NCBI GenBank assembly: GCA_018971305.1
Contig: JAGXBC010000001.1
Coordinates: 173,956 to 237,955 of the forward strand
Length of the DNA: 64,000 nt
Reading direction: 5' to 3'
Source of the DNA: Patescibacteria group bacterium
Lineage (GTDB): Bacteria; Patescibacteriota; Minisyncoccia; UBA6257; 2-01-FULL-56-20
The notes beneath the pieces were generated by a model. It saw only the letters and a program-made list of their open reading frames with translations, was not told the DNA's origin and made no database searches. A program made the position numbers and the translations under genes. Shown piece after piece: positions 1 through 8,494 of this stretch. Each line of letters starts with the position of its first letter. Position 1 is the first letter of the stretch.

Positions 1-1977
1 ATGGGCGTCGGGAACGTTCTCATCCAGTTCCAGGGCGTATTTCAAAAGAGCCAAAGCTTGAGACGTGTCCCCCTCCAGATATTTTGTCTTGGAAAGAGAA
101 AAATAAACCTCCTGCCGGTTGGGGCTGAGCGAGAGGGCGATGGCTGCTTCTTTTTCGGCTCCGGGCAAATATAGTTTTGGGTCAATCGCCGAGCTTTGGT
201 TATAAACGTCAACGAGCAGATAATGGTTGAAGGCATCCAGGGGATGGGCGTCTCTTACCTTTTCCATCTGTTCGATAGACCACTTAACCTCATCCTCGGG
301 CACGCCGCCGTTATTATTATAAAAATAGGCCTGCGACATATCCGTCGCATAATCGCGGACAAAATTATAGTTATAGGGCGACCATACGCCTATGGCATCA
401 TGGAAATAATTTATACCCTGCTCTACCTTCCCATTGGCTAGATATTGATAGGCCCAATATTCATCGTAAGCCGCCTGGACCGTTAGAATATTGACGAAAT
501 AAACGACTATAGCGGCGGAGACAATTGCCGCATAGATTGCATATCCGGCAATAATTCCTCGTGGTTTTCCTGCGCCACCGTTGTTCTTAAAGTTATAACC
601 ACCAACTTCACCGCTGTCAGAGCTTTCTCGCCAATAAATTCCGTTAAGCAAGCCGAAAAGCATATAGAGCATCAACGCCGGCCCCAAAGTGTCAAATAGA
701 AAAAGATTCTGGACCGCGTAGGCCACGAAGGTGGCGACGGCTATTTGCCCGAAGATATTACGCGAACGCCAAGCCTCCCAAATAAAAGCCACGACTAGCC
801 CTAGAAAAGCCAGGGTAAGAGCAATCCCCCCCGCATTCAAAAGTTCCATAAGGAAATTGTGGGGCTTGTCGAATCTAGTTTCCTGATAATTGAGTTCCAG
901 GGAATGCGGGTCGTAATACTTATTGAAAACTATATTAAAGTTTTCCCAGCCCCAGCCCAGAACCGGCTTATCCAGAAAACCCTTCCAAGCGGCACGGATA
1001 GCGGAAAGACGCGGCTGGAGTTCTTCGCTGGAAAGAGAGACGGAAACATCTTTAAAGCGATTCAGACCGGGAATCCGCGACCAGAAAGAATTGCTCCTCG
1101 TAAACCAAAACCCAGCCCCTCCAACAATAATAAGAACCAGGACTATTCCATACAGCGAACGCTTATTGAGCCACTTGTTAGTAAGGGCAGGTGGTCGGAG
1201 AGTAAAGAGAATTAGTAGAATGAAAAGCCCCATACCCCAGCCGAGAATCGCCCCGCGCGTCTGAGTGAAGAACAGCGCAATAATGGAGGACGCCATGGAC
1301 AAAAACAAAAAAATGATCAGACCAAGATTCTTCTCTGATTTTTTTGCATTATTATTGATTACCCCGCCGATTTTATTCCTGAATTCGTCGAATAACAGAT
1401 ATAAAGCGAAGAAAAAATTGAAAATAAGATAGCCGGCCAAAAAAGAAGGGTTATCGAAAGTAGACCCTGGACGGTAATAACTAGCGGCCGAAGTGTCCAG
1501 CAGTTTTATCCAAGGCATGATCTCCGGAAACTTAACCTGAGAAATGGCGGTGATCGCCACCACGAAAGATGATATAAGTGTGGCATAGAGCAATCTTCGG
1601 TTATCCTTTTTTGTAAAAATAGAAGAGATTATAAGCATAAACGCCACCATATGAATTATAGTTACAACGCCGAAATCCCGCTCGTAACCGGACCAAAAAC
1701 TGTGCGAGGGATCAACTCCAAAAATTGAAGTTATAATAAGAGCGCCCAGAAAAACCGTTATCCCCCAAACAATCGGGGTCAATTTCGGTCTGTAATCTTT
1801 ATTAAATATAACGAGCGCAAGCCATAGAAAAAAAGCTGCTTCCGTTAGCGACTGGAAAAGGGCGGTTTTAGGAATAATCGCCGGATAAACCGTATCGGAT
1901 ATAAAAAACAGCGGCGTTACCGCAACTATGGCAAAGACAAAGAACTTTATTGTGTTTAAAAGATTACGTTCACTCAT
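1..1977 (-). CDS. O-antigen-ligase-like (Wzy_C-type) polytopic membrane protein with TPR-like C-terminal tail; 3' end runs off the window
   Basis: Absent from the ORF track because there is no stop inside the window. My translation from the ATG at 1977 gives MSERNLLNTIKFFVFAIVAVTPLFF... with many hydrophobic helices. The motif KPHNFLMELLNAGGIALTLAFLGL resembles the Wzy_C loop. The frame stays open to base 1. Confidence 0.7.
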   Translation of the reverse strand, partial: MSERNLLNTIKFFVFAIVAVTPLFFISDTVYPAIIPKTALFQSLTEAAFFLWLALVIFNKDYRPKLTPIVWGITVFLGALIITSIFGVDPSHSFWSGYERDFGVVTIIHMVAFMLIISSIFTKKDNRRLLYATLISSFVVAITAISQVKFPEIMPWIKLLDTSAASYYRPGSTFDNPSFLAGYLIFNFFFALYLLFDEFRNKIGGVINNNAKKSEKNLGLIIFLFLSMASSIIALFFTQTRGAILGWGMGLFILLILFTLRPPALTNKWLNKRSLYGIVLVLIIVGGAGFWFTRSNSFWSRIPGLNRFKDVSVSLSSEELQPRLSAIRAAWKGFLDKPVLGWGWENFNIVFNKYYDPHSLELNYQETRFDKPHNFLMELLNAGGIALTLAFLGLVVAFIWEAWRSRNIFGQIAVATFVAYAVQNLFLFDTLGPALMLYMLFGLLNGIYWRESSDSGEVGGYNFKNNGGAGKPRGIIAGYAIYAAIVSAAIVVYFVNILTVQAAYDEYWAYQYLANGKVEQGINYFHDAIGVWSPYNYNFVRDYATDMSQAYFYNNNGGVPEDEVKWSIEQMEKVRDAHPLDAFNHYLLVDVYNQSSAIDPKLYLPGAEKEAAIALSLSPNRQEVYFSLSKTKYLEGDTSQALALLKYALELDENVPDAH

Positions 1978-2049
1978 TTTAGATGTACCGTTTTAATCAA
2001 TATAACAAATGTCGCCGCATATCGGCAATATTTTGTTTTCTCTACCGCA

Positions 2050-2081
2050 ACCAAAAAGACCCCCGAAGGGGCCTTTTTGGT
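2050..2081 (-). terminator. Rho-independent terminator-like hairpin downstream of the large surface-protein gene
   Basis: accaaaaagacccc-cgaa-ggggcctttttggt forms a roughly 14-bp stem with one mismatch. The loop reads UUCG on the minus strand and the flanks are A/T runs. Confidence 0.5.
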
Positions 2082-2124
2082 TCATACGATCTGGCAGTCT
2101 CAAGCCGCCGAACCGTAAGGCAAA

Positions 2125-5100
2125 CTACGTACCCTGAGCGAAGCTCGCCGAATTCAACTGAATCGGGAATAGCTGGCTCGAAGGCAGCGTAATGTTGCTG
2201 TTCGCGGCGCTATCAAGACCATCGGTGTAGAGAACATCCGTGGACCGAGTAGAGACGGTCGCAGCGAGAGACGTCACGTTCTGACCTGTAGAGGCCTGGG
2301 TCTTGGAATCGTTGACCTGCAGTGTCCAGTTCCTCGTCGAGCCGGCAGAAATCTGCTGGCCGTTAGACGTAGAACCGAAGTTGAAGGTAACCGAGCAAGA
2401 ACCCGAGCCGCCAGCGGCAACTGTCTGACATGTCGCAGCCGAGGATGTAGATTGAACCGTTCCAATGGATTGGTTGTTTTCATCCAAGATCTTGATGCCA
2501 TCCAAGAAACCAGTGCCGGAAACTGCGTTACCAGTGAAACTCACAACCATCGTGTTCAGAGCAACCGCACCCGCGCTGTCAGCCGAGAAGCTAAGAGTCG
2601 CGAAGTTGTCGGAAGTGCTCTTGGACCGTCCGGTTGTGGAACCCAAGGCCGTCGCGGCAAACGAAAGTTTGCTCCTCAAGACGGTCTGAGTGTTGCCGGC
2701 AGCAGAAGTGGTTGATACCGAAGACGTGCTGTTGGACGTAGCACCTAAGGCCGTAACAGCCGAACCATTCGCAATGTTGAACTGGTGGTTGGCATTATCC
2801 GTGGCTCCCGAAGAAGCGTAGGAAGAAGCGTCACCTTTCAAAGTAAGCGAGATGGAGTTCGCCTGCGGAACAACGAACGGAGTGGCAAAGTGGAATGTCC
2901 ATGCCCACAAGGCCGTTCCCGAAGTGACAGCCGAGCCGGCCGTGCCAACAGCCGTTGAGCCGTTGTACAAGGTCAGATTGCTGAATGTCGATTTAACGGT
3001 GGAAGTAGAAGAGACCGTGTCGGCGACCGTAAGGTCGGTGACCTTAACGTTTTCCGCGTTCGTGGTTTCCGTAAAGCGGAAGGTAGCCAAAGGATTCTGG
3101 GATGAACCCATCACAATCTGGCCAGCCGGGGCCTGCGAGGAATCGGCAGTTACCGAAACCGTCGCCTGTCCGGCAATCGTAATTCCCTGTCCAGCCGTCG
3201 AGGAACAGGTCAAGGCGTTGTAAGACGTCTGGCCCGTACCAGAGCAGGAAGAAAGGGTTGAGGCCGGGCTTACGGACGCAGCGCCGGACAGAATGTCGGC
3301 GTAGACGTCAACGTAAGTCGTACCGCCCTTCGCAACCGTGAACGGTGTTCCCGAGAACGAGTAGGAACCGCCCGAGGAAACTAACCCTTGGGTAGAACCG
3401 AACTGCGAGCCGTTAATCATAACGTGCAAGTTGCTGAGGAATGCCGTAGCGCCAGCCTTTACCGTCAAGTTGGAAACGGTCACGCCGTCAGCCGATGAGG
3501 CCGTCAAAGCGTAAGAGCCAATCTTAACGTTGGACGAAGGCGAGGCAACGGTCTGGTTGCCCAAAGCCGTGTTCTGCGCCGTCGTGAGCTGTGTGGACTG
3601 GAGCGTCAAAGACGAACCAGTTGCTCCGCCCGAAGAGTTGCTTGCGGACGAAGTCAAACCCTGCAGGTTACTGGTATTGCCAGTCAGAGAGGCAACTACC
3701 GTACCGAAGTCAGCACCAGACTGAATGTCTGCCTTTATAGACAAGACACGGGTCGTGTTCGCCGGAACTATATAGTTGATCGGCGAGGTGCCTGTACCAA
3801 AACAGTCGGTGTAGACACCACCCGTGTAAGAGGTGTTGCTACCACCGCCAACCGTAATATCACAAGTGTTCGTCGTGGCGGAAGGAGGCGTGTTGATGGT
3901 TGTACCCACCTGACCACCCGCGTCATCCGTCAAGGCGACATTTTTGACCTCGTTAGACAAGGTTGTCGTCGAATTGCCGAACGTCATCTTAAAGGTTAAG
4001 AATTTAACCTTAACCGCTTCACCCGCCGCGTAAATTGTGTACTTGGCGAGCGTCACGTTGGACTGTCCAGGAGCCAAGTTTCCAGTCGGCGTATCGGCCG
4101 CCTGAGAAACGGTTATTTGACCCTGCTGGATTGAAACCTGCGTGCCAGTGTTGGACGAGCCGGCGATCGGCACGTTGTACTGGGAGTCCACAGCGTAGAG
4201 ATCGTAAGAGTTCAAGATCTCAAACTGGAAGTTCTTGTTCGGAGAACCCATAACATCGGAGTAAACCTGAATGTTATTGGAGCCCGTGTTCAGAGTCCCT
4301 GGGTTGGACGACATATCAAAGTAGGCAGTTCCATCAGCCCCAACTGAGGCCAAGGTAGTGCCAGCCTGCGTGCCGTTAACCATTATTTTCACGTTGCGGA
4401 GGTCGGCGTTATTGGCCGAACCGATAACCGTGAACTTCAATCCTTTCAGCCAAACTTTGCTGTTGGAGACGCTGAAGTTCCAGGAACCGACAATGTTGTT
4501 CTGAGTACCGGCAGTGTCAGTCGTCGCAATGGAACTGGACGTAATTGTCAAGCTCGCAATGGAAGGATTGGTGACTGTCGTTACCGTGAACGTATTGCCG
4601 CTAAGAGGGAAGGCTCCGGAGGCCGAAACCGCCGCGCCGCCGCTCGTCGCGGAAACATTGCTTGCCGCTGCAATCGCGAATCCGACCGTGTTACCAGCCG
4701 TAAGACCCGTTGAAGGGTCTATGGCAAGCCACAAGGTGCGGGTGGCCCCGGCGTTTACGTTCAAATTCAATCCGGCGAAGTCAATGACTCCGTTGGAGAT
4801 GGAATTGTACTGATAAAGCACCTGGCCGTTTTCAACCAAGTAAGCTCCGGAAATGGAGCTATCGGAGATGACTCCGGTCTTGTTGAATTTCAATTCGGAA
4901 ACCGTAACTGCGCCAGAATTGCCTGCGGTCAAGTTCACGGCCATAACCGGAACGCGAGCCGCGGCAGTTGAAGCACTCGAAATGAGCGCGCCGGCTGATG
5001 GGTTCTGTGAAGACAGAGACACAACTAAACCGGAAGCTGGAGCAGGAACACTCGGAGTACTACTAGTAGAAGGAGTACTGGCCGACAAAGACGCGACGTA

Positions 5101-5520
5101 AGCGCGTGACTTTGCCCCGAAGTAACCGGCAGCCGGGCTAATGCCGTGAGCCGCCTGATACTTCGCAACAGCCGCCTTTGTTAAGGCACCGAAGTATGTT
5201 GATTCATGTCCCGGAGAACCCGCGCCGGACGCCGCAATCTGCGCGCCATTCGCATTCAAGAACTGCTGCAAGGCCTTAACATCGGCTCCGGAACTGCCCA
5301 CGGTGAGGTCGCGGGTATAGTTGTAAGAAGACGACATTGAAGAACCGCTGGCAGAGTTGAGCTGCGATTGGAGTTGCTGAATTTGCGTGAGCAACGCTGC
5401 GATCTGCGCCTGCAAGTCCGTAACGGACTGAGCAGAAGCAACCGGGAGAAGAGCGCCGGAGAACGTTATTAATGTCGTTCCCGCGAGCGCCAAAGAAACT
5501 AATTTCTTTGAGATATTCAT
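2125..5520 (-). CDS. Giant secreted Ser/Thr/Ala/Gly-rich repeat protein with N-terminal peptidoglycan-binding domain (candidate surface/S-layer-like protein)
   Basis: 1131-aa ORF. It has a signal-peptide-like N-terminus (MNISKKLVSLALAGTTLITFSGALLPVASAQS), a coiled stretch (LQAQIAALLTQIQQLQSQLN) and a PG_binding_1-like segment (GADVKALQQFLNANG...AVAKYQAAHGI). About 950 aa of repeated beta-rich modules follow, each roughly 100 aa. Confidence 0.85.
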   Translation of the reverse strand: MNISKKLVSLALAGTTLITFSGALLPVASAQSVTDLQAQIAALLTQIQQLQSQLNSASGSSMSSSYNYTRDLTVGSSGADVKALQQFLNANGAQIAASGAGSPGHESTYFGALTKAAVAKYQAAHGISPAAGYFGAKSRAYVASLSASTPSTSSTPSVPAPASGLVVSLSSQNPSAGALISSASTAAARVPVMAVNLTAGNSGAVTVSELKFNKTGVISDSSISGAYLVENGQVLYQYNSISNGVIDFAGLNLNVNAGATRTLWLAIDPSTGLTAGNTVGFAIAAASNVSATSGGAAVSASGAFPLSGNTFTVTTVTNPSIASLTITSSSIATTDTAGTQNNIVGSWNFSVSNSKVWLKGLKFTVIGSANNADLRNVKIMVNGTQAGTTLASVGADGTAYFDMSSNPGTLNTGSNNIQVYSDVMGSPNKNFQFEILNSYDLYAVDSQYNVPIAGSSNTGTQVSIQQGQITVSQAADTPTGNLAPGQSNVTLAKYTIYAAGEAVKVKFLTFKMTFGNSTTTLSNEVKNVALTDDAGGQVGTTINTPPSATTNTCDITVGGGSNTSYTGGVYTDCFGTGTSPINYIVPANTTRVLSIKADIQSGADFGTVVASLTGNTSNLQGLTSSASNSSGGATGSSLTLQSTQLTTAQNTALGNQTVASPSSNVKIGSYALTASSADGVTVSNLTVKAGATAFLSNLHVMINGSQFGSTQGLVSSGGSYSFSGTPFTVAKGGTTYVDVYADILSGAASVSPASTLSSCSGTGQTSYNALTCSSTAGQGITIAGQATVSVTADSSQAPAGQIVMGSSQNPLATFRFTETTNAENVKVTDLTVADTVSSTSTVKSTFSNLTLYNGSTAVGTAGSAVTSGTALWAWTFHFATPFVVPQANSISLTLKGDASSYASSGATDNANHQFNIANGSAVTALGATSNSTSSVSTTSAAGNTQTVLRSKLSFAATALGSTTGRSKSTSDNFATLSFSADSAGAVALNTMVVSFTGNAVSGTGFLDGIKILDENNQSIGTVQSTSSAATCQTVAAGGSGSCSVTFNFGSTSNGQQISAGSTRNWTLQVNDSKTQASTGQNVTSLAATVSTRSTDVLYTDGLDSAANSNITLPSSQLFPIQLNSASFAQGT

Positions 5521-5692
5521 TTAGTAAGTTTAATTTATTTTCGATTTAATTTATTTTATCGACCTGTTTTTGATTGGGTCGTCGACCTTTTTAATTTAAT
5601 TTGGAATCCACTGGCCTTCGTTTCGACCCCCATATCATCGGTGAGGACAATGTGCGGGGAACAAATAGCCGCGGAGTTGGTTTCTAATTATT

Positions 5693-5716
5693 AAAAAACT
5701 CGCTGTTCAAGGCGAG
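5693..5716 (-). terminator. Rho-independent terminator-like hairpin (minus strand)
   Basis: The minus strand reads ctcgc-cttgaaca-gcgag followed by tttttt. It lies about 220 nt downstream of the stop of the 5935..6615 gene. Confidence 0.4.
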
Positions 5717-5934
5717 GCTGTCTAAGTTTAAAGATAAACCATACAACTATGACCAAAAAATATCATAGCCGCTAGCTTTTATCTTCGTGTCCGTTTTCAC
5801 GAACTGGTCCAGCCTCACACTGAACCTCTATTAAATTCTAGCAGAACCAAGAGCTAAAAGATGTGCATAAACCGACAGAATCAAGCTTTTGGTTAGCAAT
5901 ATATATAACGATGCTAAGGGCGAAAGGTTACCAA

Positions 5935-6615
5935 CTATTGTTGCCTACTTATCGTCCTATAGTAAGTAGACGGCCCACCATTTCCGGCCCTTTCTATGAG
6001 CCCCCGGGAAAGCAAATTTTGCATATCGTAACGCAACGTTCTTTCGCTAACACCAGGCAATATACCCTGTATTTCCTTCAATCGGCAATTGCCGTTTTGC
6101 CGTATTCTTTCCAATATTGCCGATTGCCGCATTTCCGATTTAATATAGTTGCCGCTTCCATTATCTAATTGACCATAATCAGAGTTATCCCGATTAACAG
6201 TGTTTTCAACGGTTAAATCTTTTGCCGTATTATCTTCAGTTGAATTAGTAATAGATGATTTATCGTATCCGGAAAATATATCATCCAATTTTATCTCATC
6301 TATTTTTGCCGGATTATCATATTCGGCAATTGCCGAATTTAGACCATATAATTCAGATATCACCTTATCAGAATTTGCCGGATGGAAAACCCCGACATCA
6401 GCTCCAAATCTTAGCAATCTTTCTAGGTTATCAGATGCCGAAAACATCGCAACCCGATCTTCGGAGGAAAATGCCCCCAAGACGATAAGCGCCGCGTCTT
6501 CCGCTTTATCCCTAAAACTTCCACTATTGACAGAGGACGCCATTCTCCAGACGGCATAGGCAACTTCATATGCTTTCTTTGTTAAAAACTTATCCTGATT
6601 ATTTATCCTGGACAT
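5935..6615 (-). CDS. Hypothetical protein with C-terminal DeoR-type winged-helix HTH
   Basis: 226-aa ORF. The C-terminus (RQSAILERIRQNGNCRLKEIQGILPGVSERTLRYDMQNLLSRGLIER) looks like a DeoR/wHTH DNA-binding domain. The N-terminal part is unrecognised. Confidence 0.6.
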   Translation of the reverse strand: MSRINNQDKFLTKKAYEVAYAVWRMASSVNSGSFRDKAEDAALIVLGAFSSEDRVAMFSASDNLERLLRFGADVGVFHPANSDKVISELYGLNSAIAEYDNPAKIDEIKLDDIFSGYDKSSITNSTEDNTAKDLTVENTVNRDNSDYGQLDNGSGNYIKSEMRQSAILERIRQNGNCRLKEIQGILPGVSERTLRYDMQNLLSRGLIERAGNGGPSTYYRTISRQQ

Positions 6616-6739
6616 TGAGAATCAGTATATTGCCGCAAGGCAAAATATGTCAACAGGCAAAAAATTAATATACCGATGCGGTAACTATTAAAAAATCCCG
6701 CTTGGTATGGGATTTTTATTATATCTCTTTTATTCACCG

Positions 6740-7552
6740 CTATCTGTTGGCGATTTTGAGGATCTCTTCCGCCTTCTTAAGTTTTTCCAGCGTTCCGCAA
6801 TCAAGTCGTCTGCCCGGAAATTCCCAGCCATAAACCCTTCCCTTTATTATAAGCTCTATTTGCAAAGCAACTGCCAGAGGCAAGGCGTCGTCAGCAACCA
6901 TGGGCAACGTATCGGAAACACTTTTTAGATTTCTTAATATTGAAGGGGTTATGATATATCCGCCGACAATAGTGAGATTAGAAGGGGCTTCTTTGGCAAG
7001 GGGTTTTTCCACTATCTCCGTAACCTCGTAGATATTCCCTCCCCATCTATTATTTTTTGCCGCATATGTTTTTACCTTCTTGATCCCCACGACACCAAAA
7101 CGGGAAACTATTTTTTTAGGGACCCTTTCTAAAAGCAACACCGGAGAACGTTGCGATTCGTAGATTCTAATAAGAGATTGTAAAACAGGGGGTTTTTCGA
7201 TAATAATATCGTCACAAAATCTAACGGCGAAGGCCTCGCCACGGAGCAGATCGTAGGCCTGAATAATTGCGTGTCCATTGCCACCCGGAGTAGCCTGTTC
7301 ACGAACGTGAAAGCCCAATTCCGGGAATTTCTTTCCATGGACACGTAAATATTCCTGGAATTTGCCGCGGCCGGAGGGATTAACAATTAAGATAACTTCT
7401 TTTATGCCGCTCAGTACGGCCTCTTCTAAAACGTATTCAATAAGGGGCCTGCCGTTAACTTTTATGAGGTTTTTAGGGATGTGGCGGGTTAAGGGCAACA
7501 GCCGCTTTCCCCTGCCGGCCACAGGCAGAACAAGCTTTGTTATTCTCTTCAT
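6740..7552 (-). CDS. galU: UTP--glucose-1-phosphate uridylyltransferase-like sugar nucleotidyltransferase
   Basis: 270-aa ORF. N-terminal LPVAGRGKRLLPLT...PKNLIKVNGRPLIEYVLEEA nucleotidyltransferase motif and the GalU-like segment VEKPLAKEAPSNLTIVGGYIITP. Confidence 0.75.
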   Translation of the reverse strand: MKRITKLVLPVAGRGKRLLPLTRHIPKNLIKVNGRPLIEYVLEEAVLSGIKEVILIVNPSGRGKFQEYLRVHGKKFPELGFHVREQATPGGNGHAIIQAYDLLRGEAFAVRFCDDIIIEKPPVLQSLIRIYESQRSPVLLLERVPKKIVSRFGVVGIKKVKTYAAKNNRWGGNIYEVTEIVEKPLAKEAPSNLTIVGGYIITPSILRNLKSVSDTLPMVADDALPLAVALQIELIIKGRVYGWEFPGRRLDCGTLEKLKKAEEILKIANR

Positions 7553-7591
7553 GTTTTAAATTCTATAATCTAAATTATATATTCTCAAATC

Positions 7592-8314
7592 TCACAAACC
7601 CCACTGCGCCAACCCTAAAATCACCACCAGGAATGAGAAAAATATGGAAAAAGAAATCAATACCTTATCTTTTATTAATATCCCAGCCGAATAATCGGCA
7701 GCCAGCTCCATAAGCATCGTAGCTGTTAAAAATACCAGGGCCGACTGATAAAAAAAGTTTATAGGCAGAAGGAGGGCGACAAGAGATATCTGCCAGATGA
7801 TAATTGCTGAAATGCCAGCTATTATAGACGGGGGTATTCGAGCGCCGCCCGATGAATCAGGACGGTCAGCAAACCGCAGGAATTCATTGATGAGGAAGAA
7901 AAAAACAGCGGCAATTACAATCATCCAAACAAATCCAGCCACCGTCCCCCAGTTGTCAAATTTTGCAAAGAACTTAATAAAAGTCAAAAACATAATTGCC
8001 AGAACCAAAATCTCGTGAGCGGATTTCCTTCCGATAAAAATCAGGTCTTTGATGCCAAGAATGAGATAGAAAACCAACGACAACAGCACTGCAAACGGCA
8101 ATCCCGCCGGTTCCGCAATAGAGAAAAAAATAAGCACTGCGAAAGGCAGGAGTAACTTGATCGGCCGGAAAAACGGGACAAAATACATATATAAAGCTAT
8201 GAGGAAGAAAATCCAGAATGGCAGAAAAAACCAAGCTGCGCCGAAAATTACAGCCTTCACAACGTGGGCACGCAAGGGAATGGCCTTTTTAATTGTCGTT
8301 ATAAATTTATCCAT
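7592..8314 (-). CDS. Polytopic membrane protein, unknown function
   Basis: The ORF is 7592..8404. The likely start is the internal Met (MDKFITTIKK...) at 8314. Multiple hydrophobic helices. Confidence 0.55.
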   Translation of the reverse strand: MDKFITTIKKAIPLRAHVVKAVIFGAAWFFLPFWIFFLIALYMYFVPFFRPIKLLLPFAVLIFFSIAEPAGLPFAVLLSLVFYLILGIKDLIFIGRKSAHEILVLAIMFLTFIKFFAKFDNWGTVAGFVWMIVIAAVFFFLINEFLRFADRPDSSGGARIPPSIIAGISAIIIWQISLVALLLPINFFYQSALVFLTATMLMELAADYSAGILIKDKVLISFSIFFSFLVVILGLAQWGL

Positions 8315-8494
8315 CCCGTTAAAAAATGAACTCCTTGGCTCTCGACAAGGGACTGCATATGGCAATTGCAACGTGCCGATAGTTAAATGCCAGCCGACGA
8401 GCAATATTTACAACCGGATTCATCTATATAAAAATACCCCTCTATTGAAGAGTTGTAAAATTAACGGTCCACCCGTGCACGATATGAATAAGAT

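Noticed and set aside
2274-5441. Many 60-125-aa ORFs on both strands inside the 2125..5520 gene
   Set aside because: They are frame shadows of a GC-rich, low-complexity coding region. Their products are Arg/Pro/Ala-rich nonsense and all are nested in the 1131-aa ORF.
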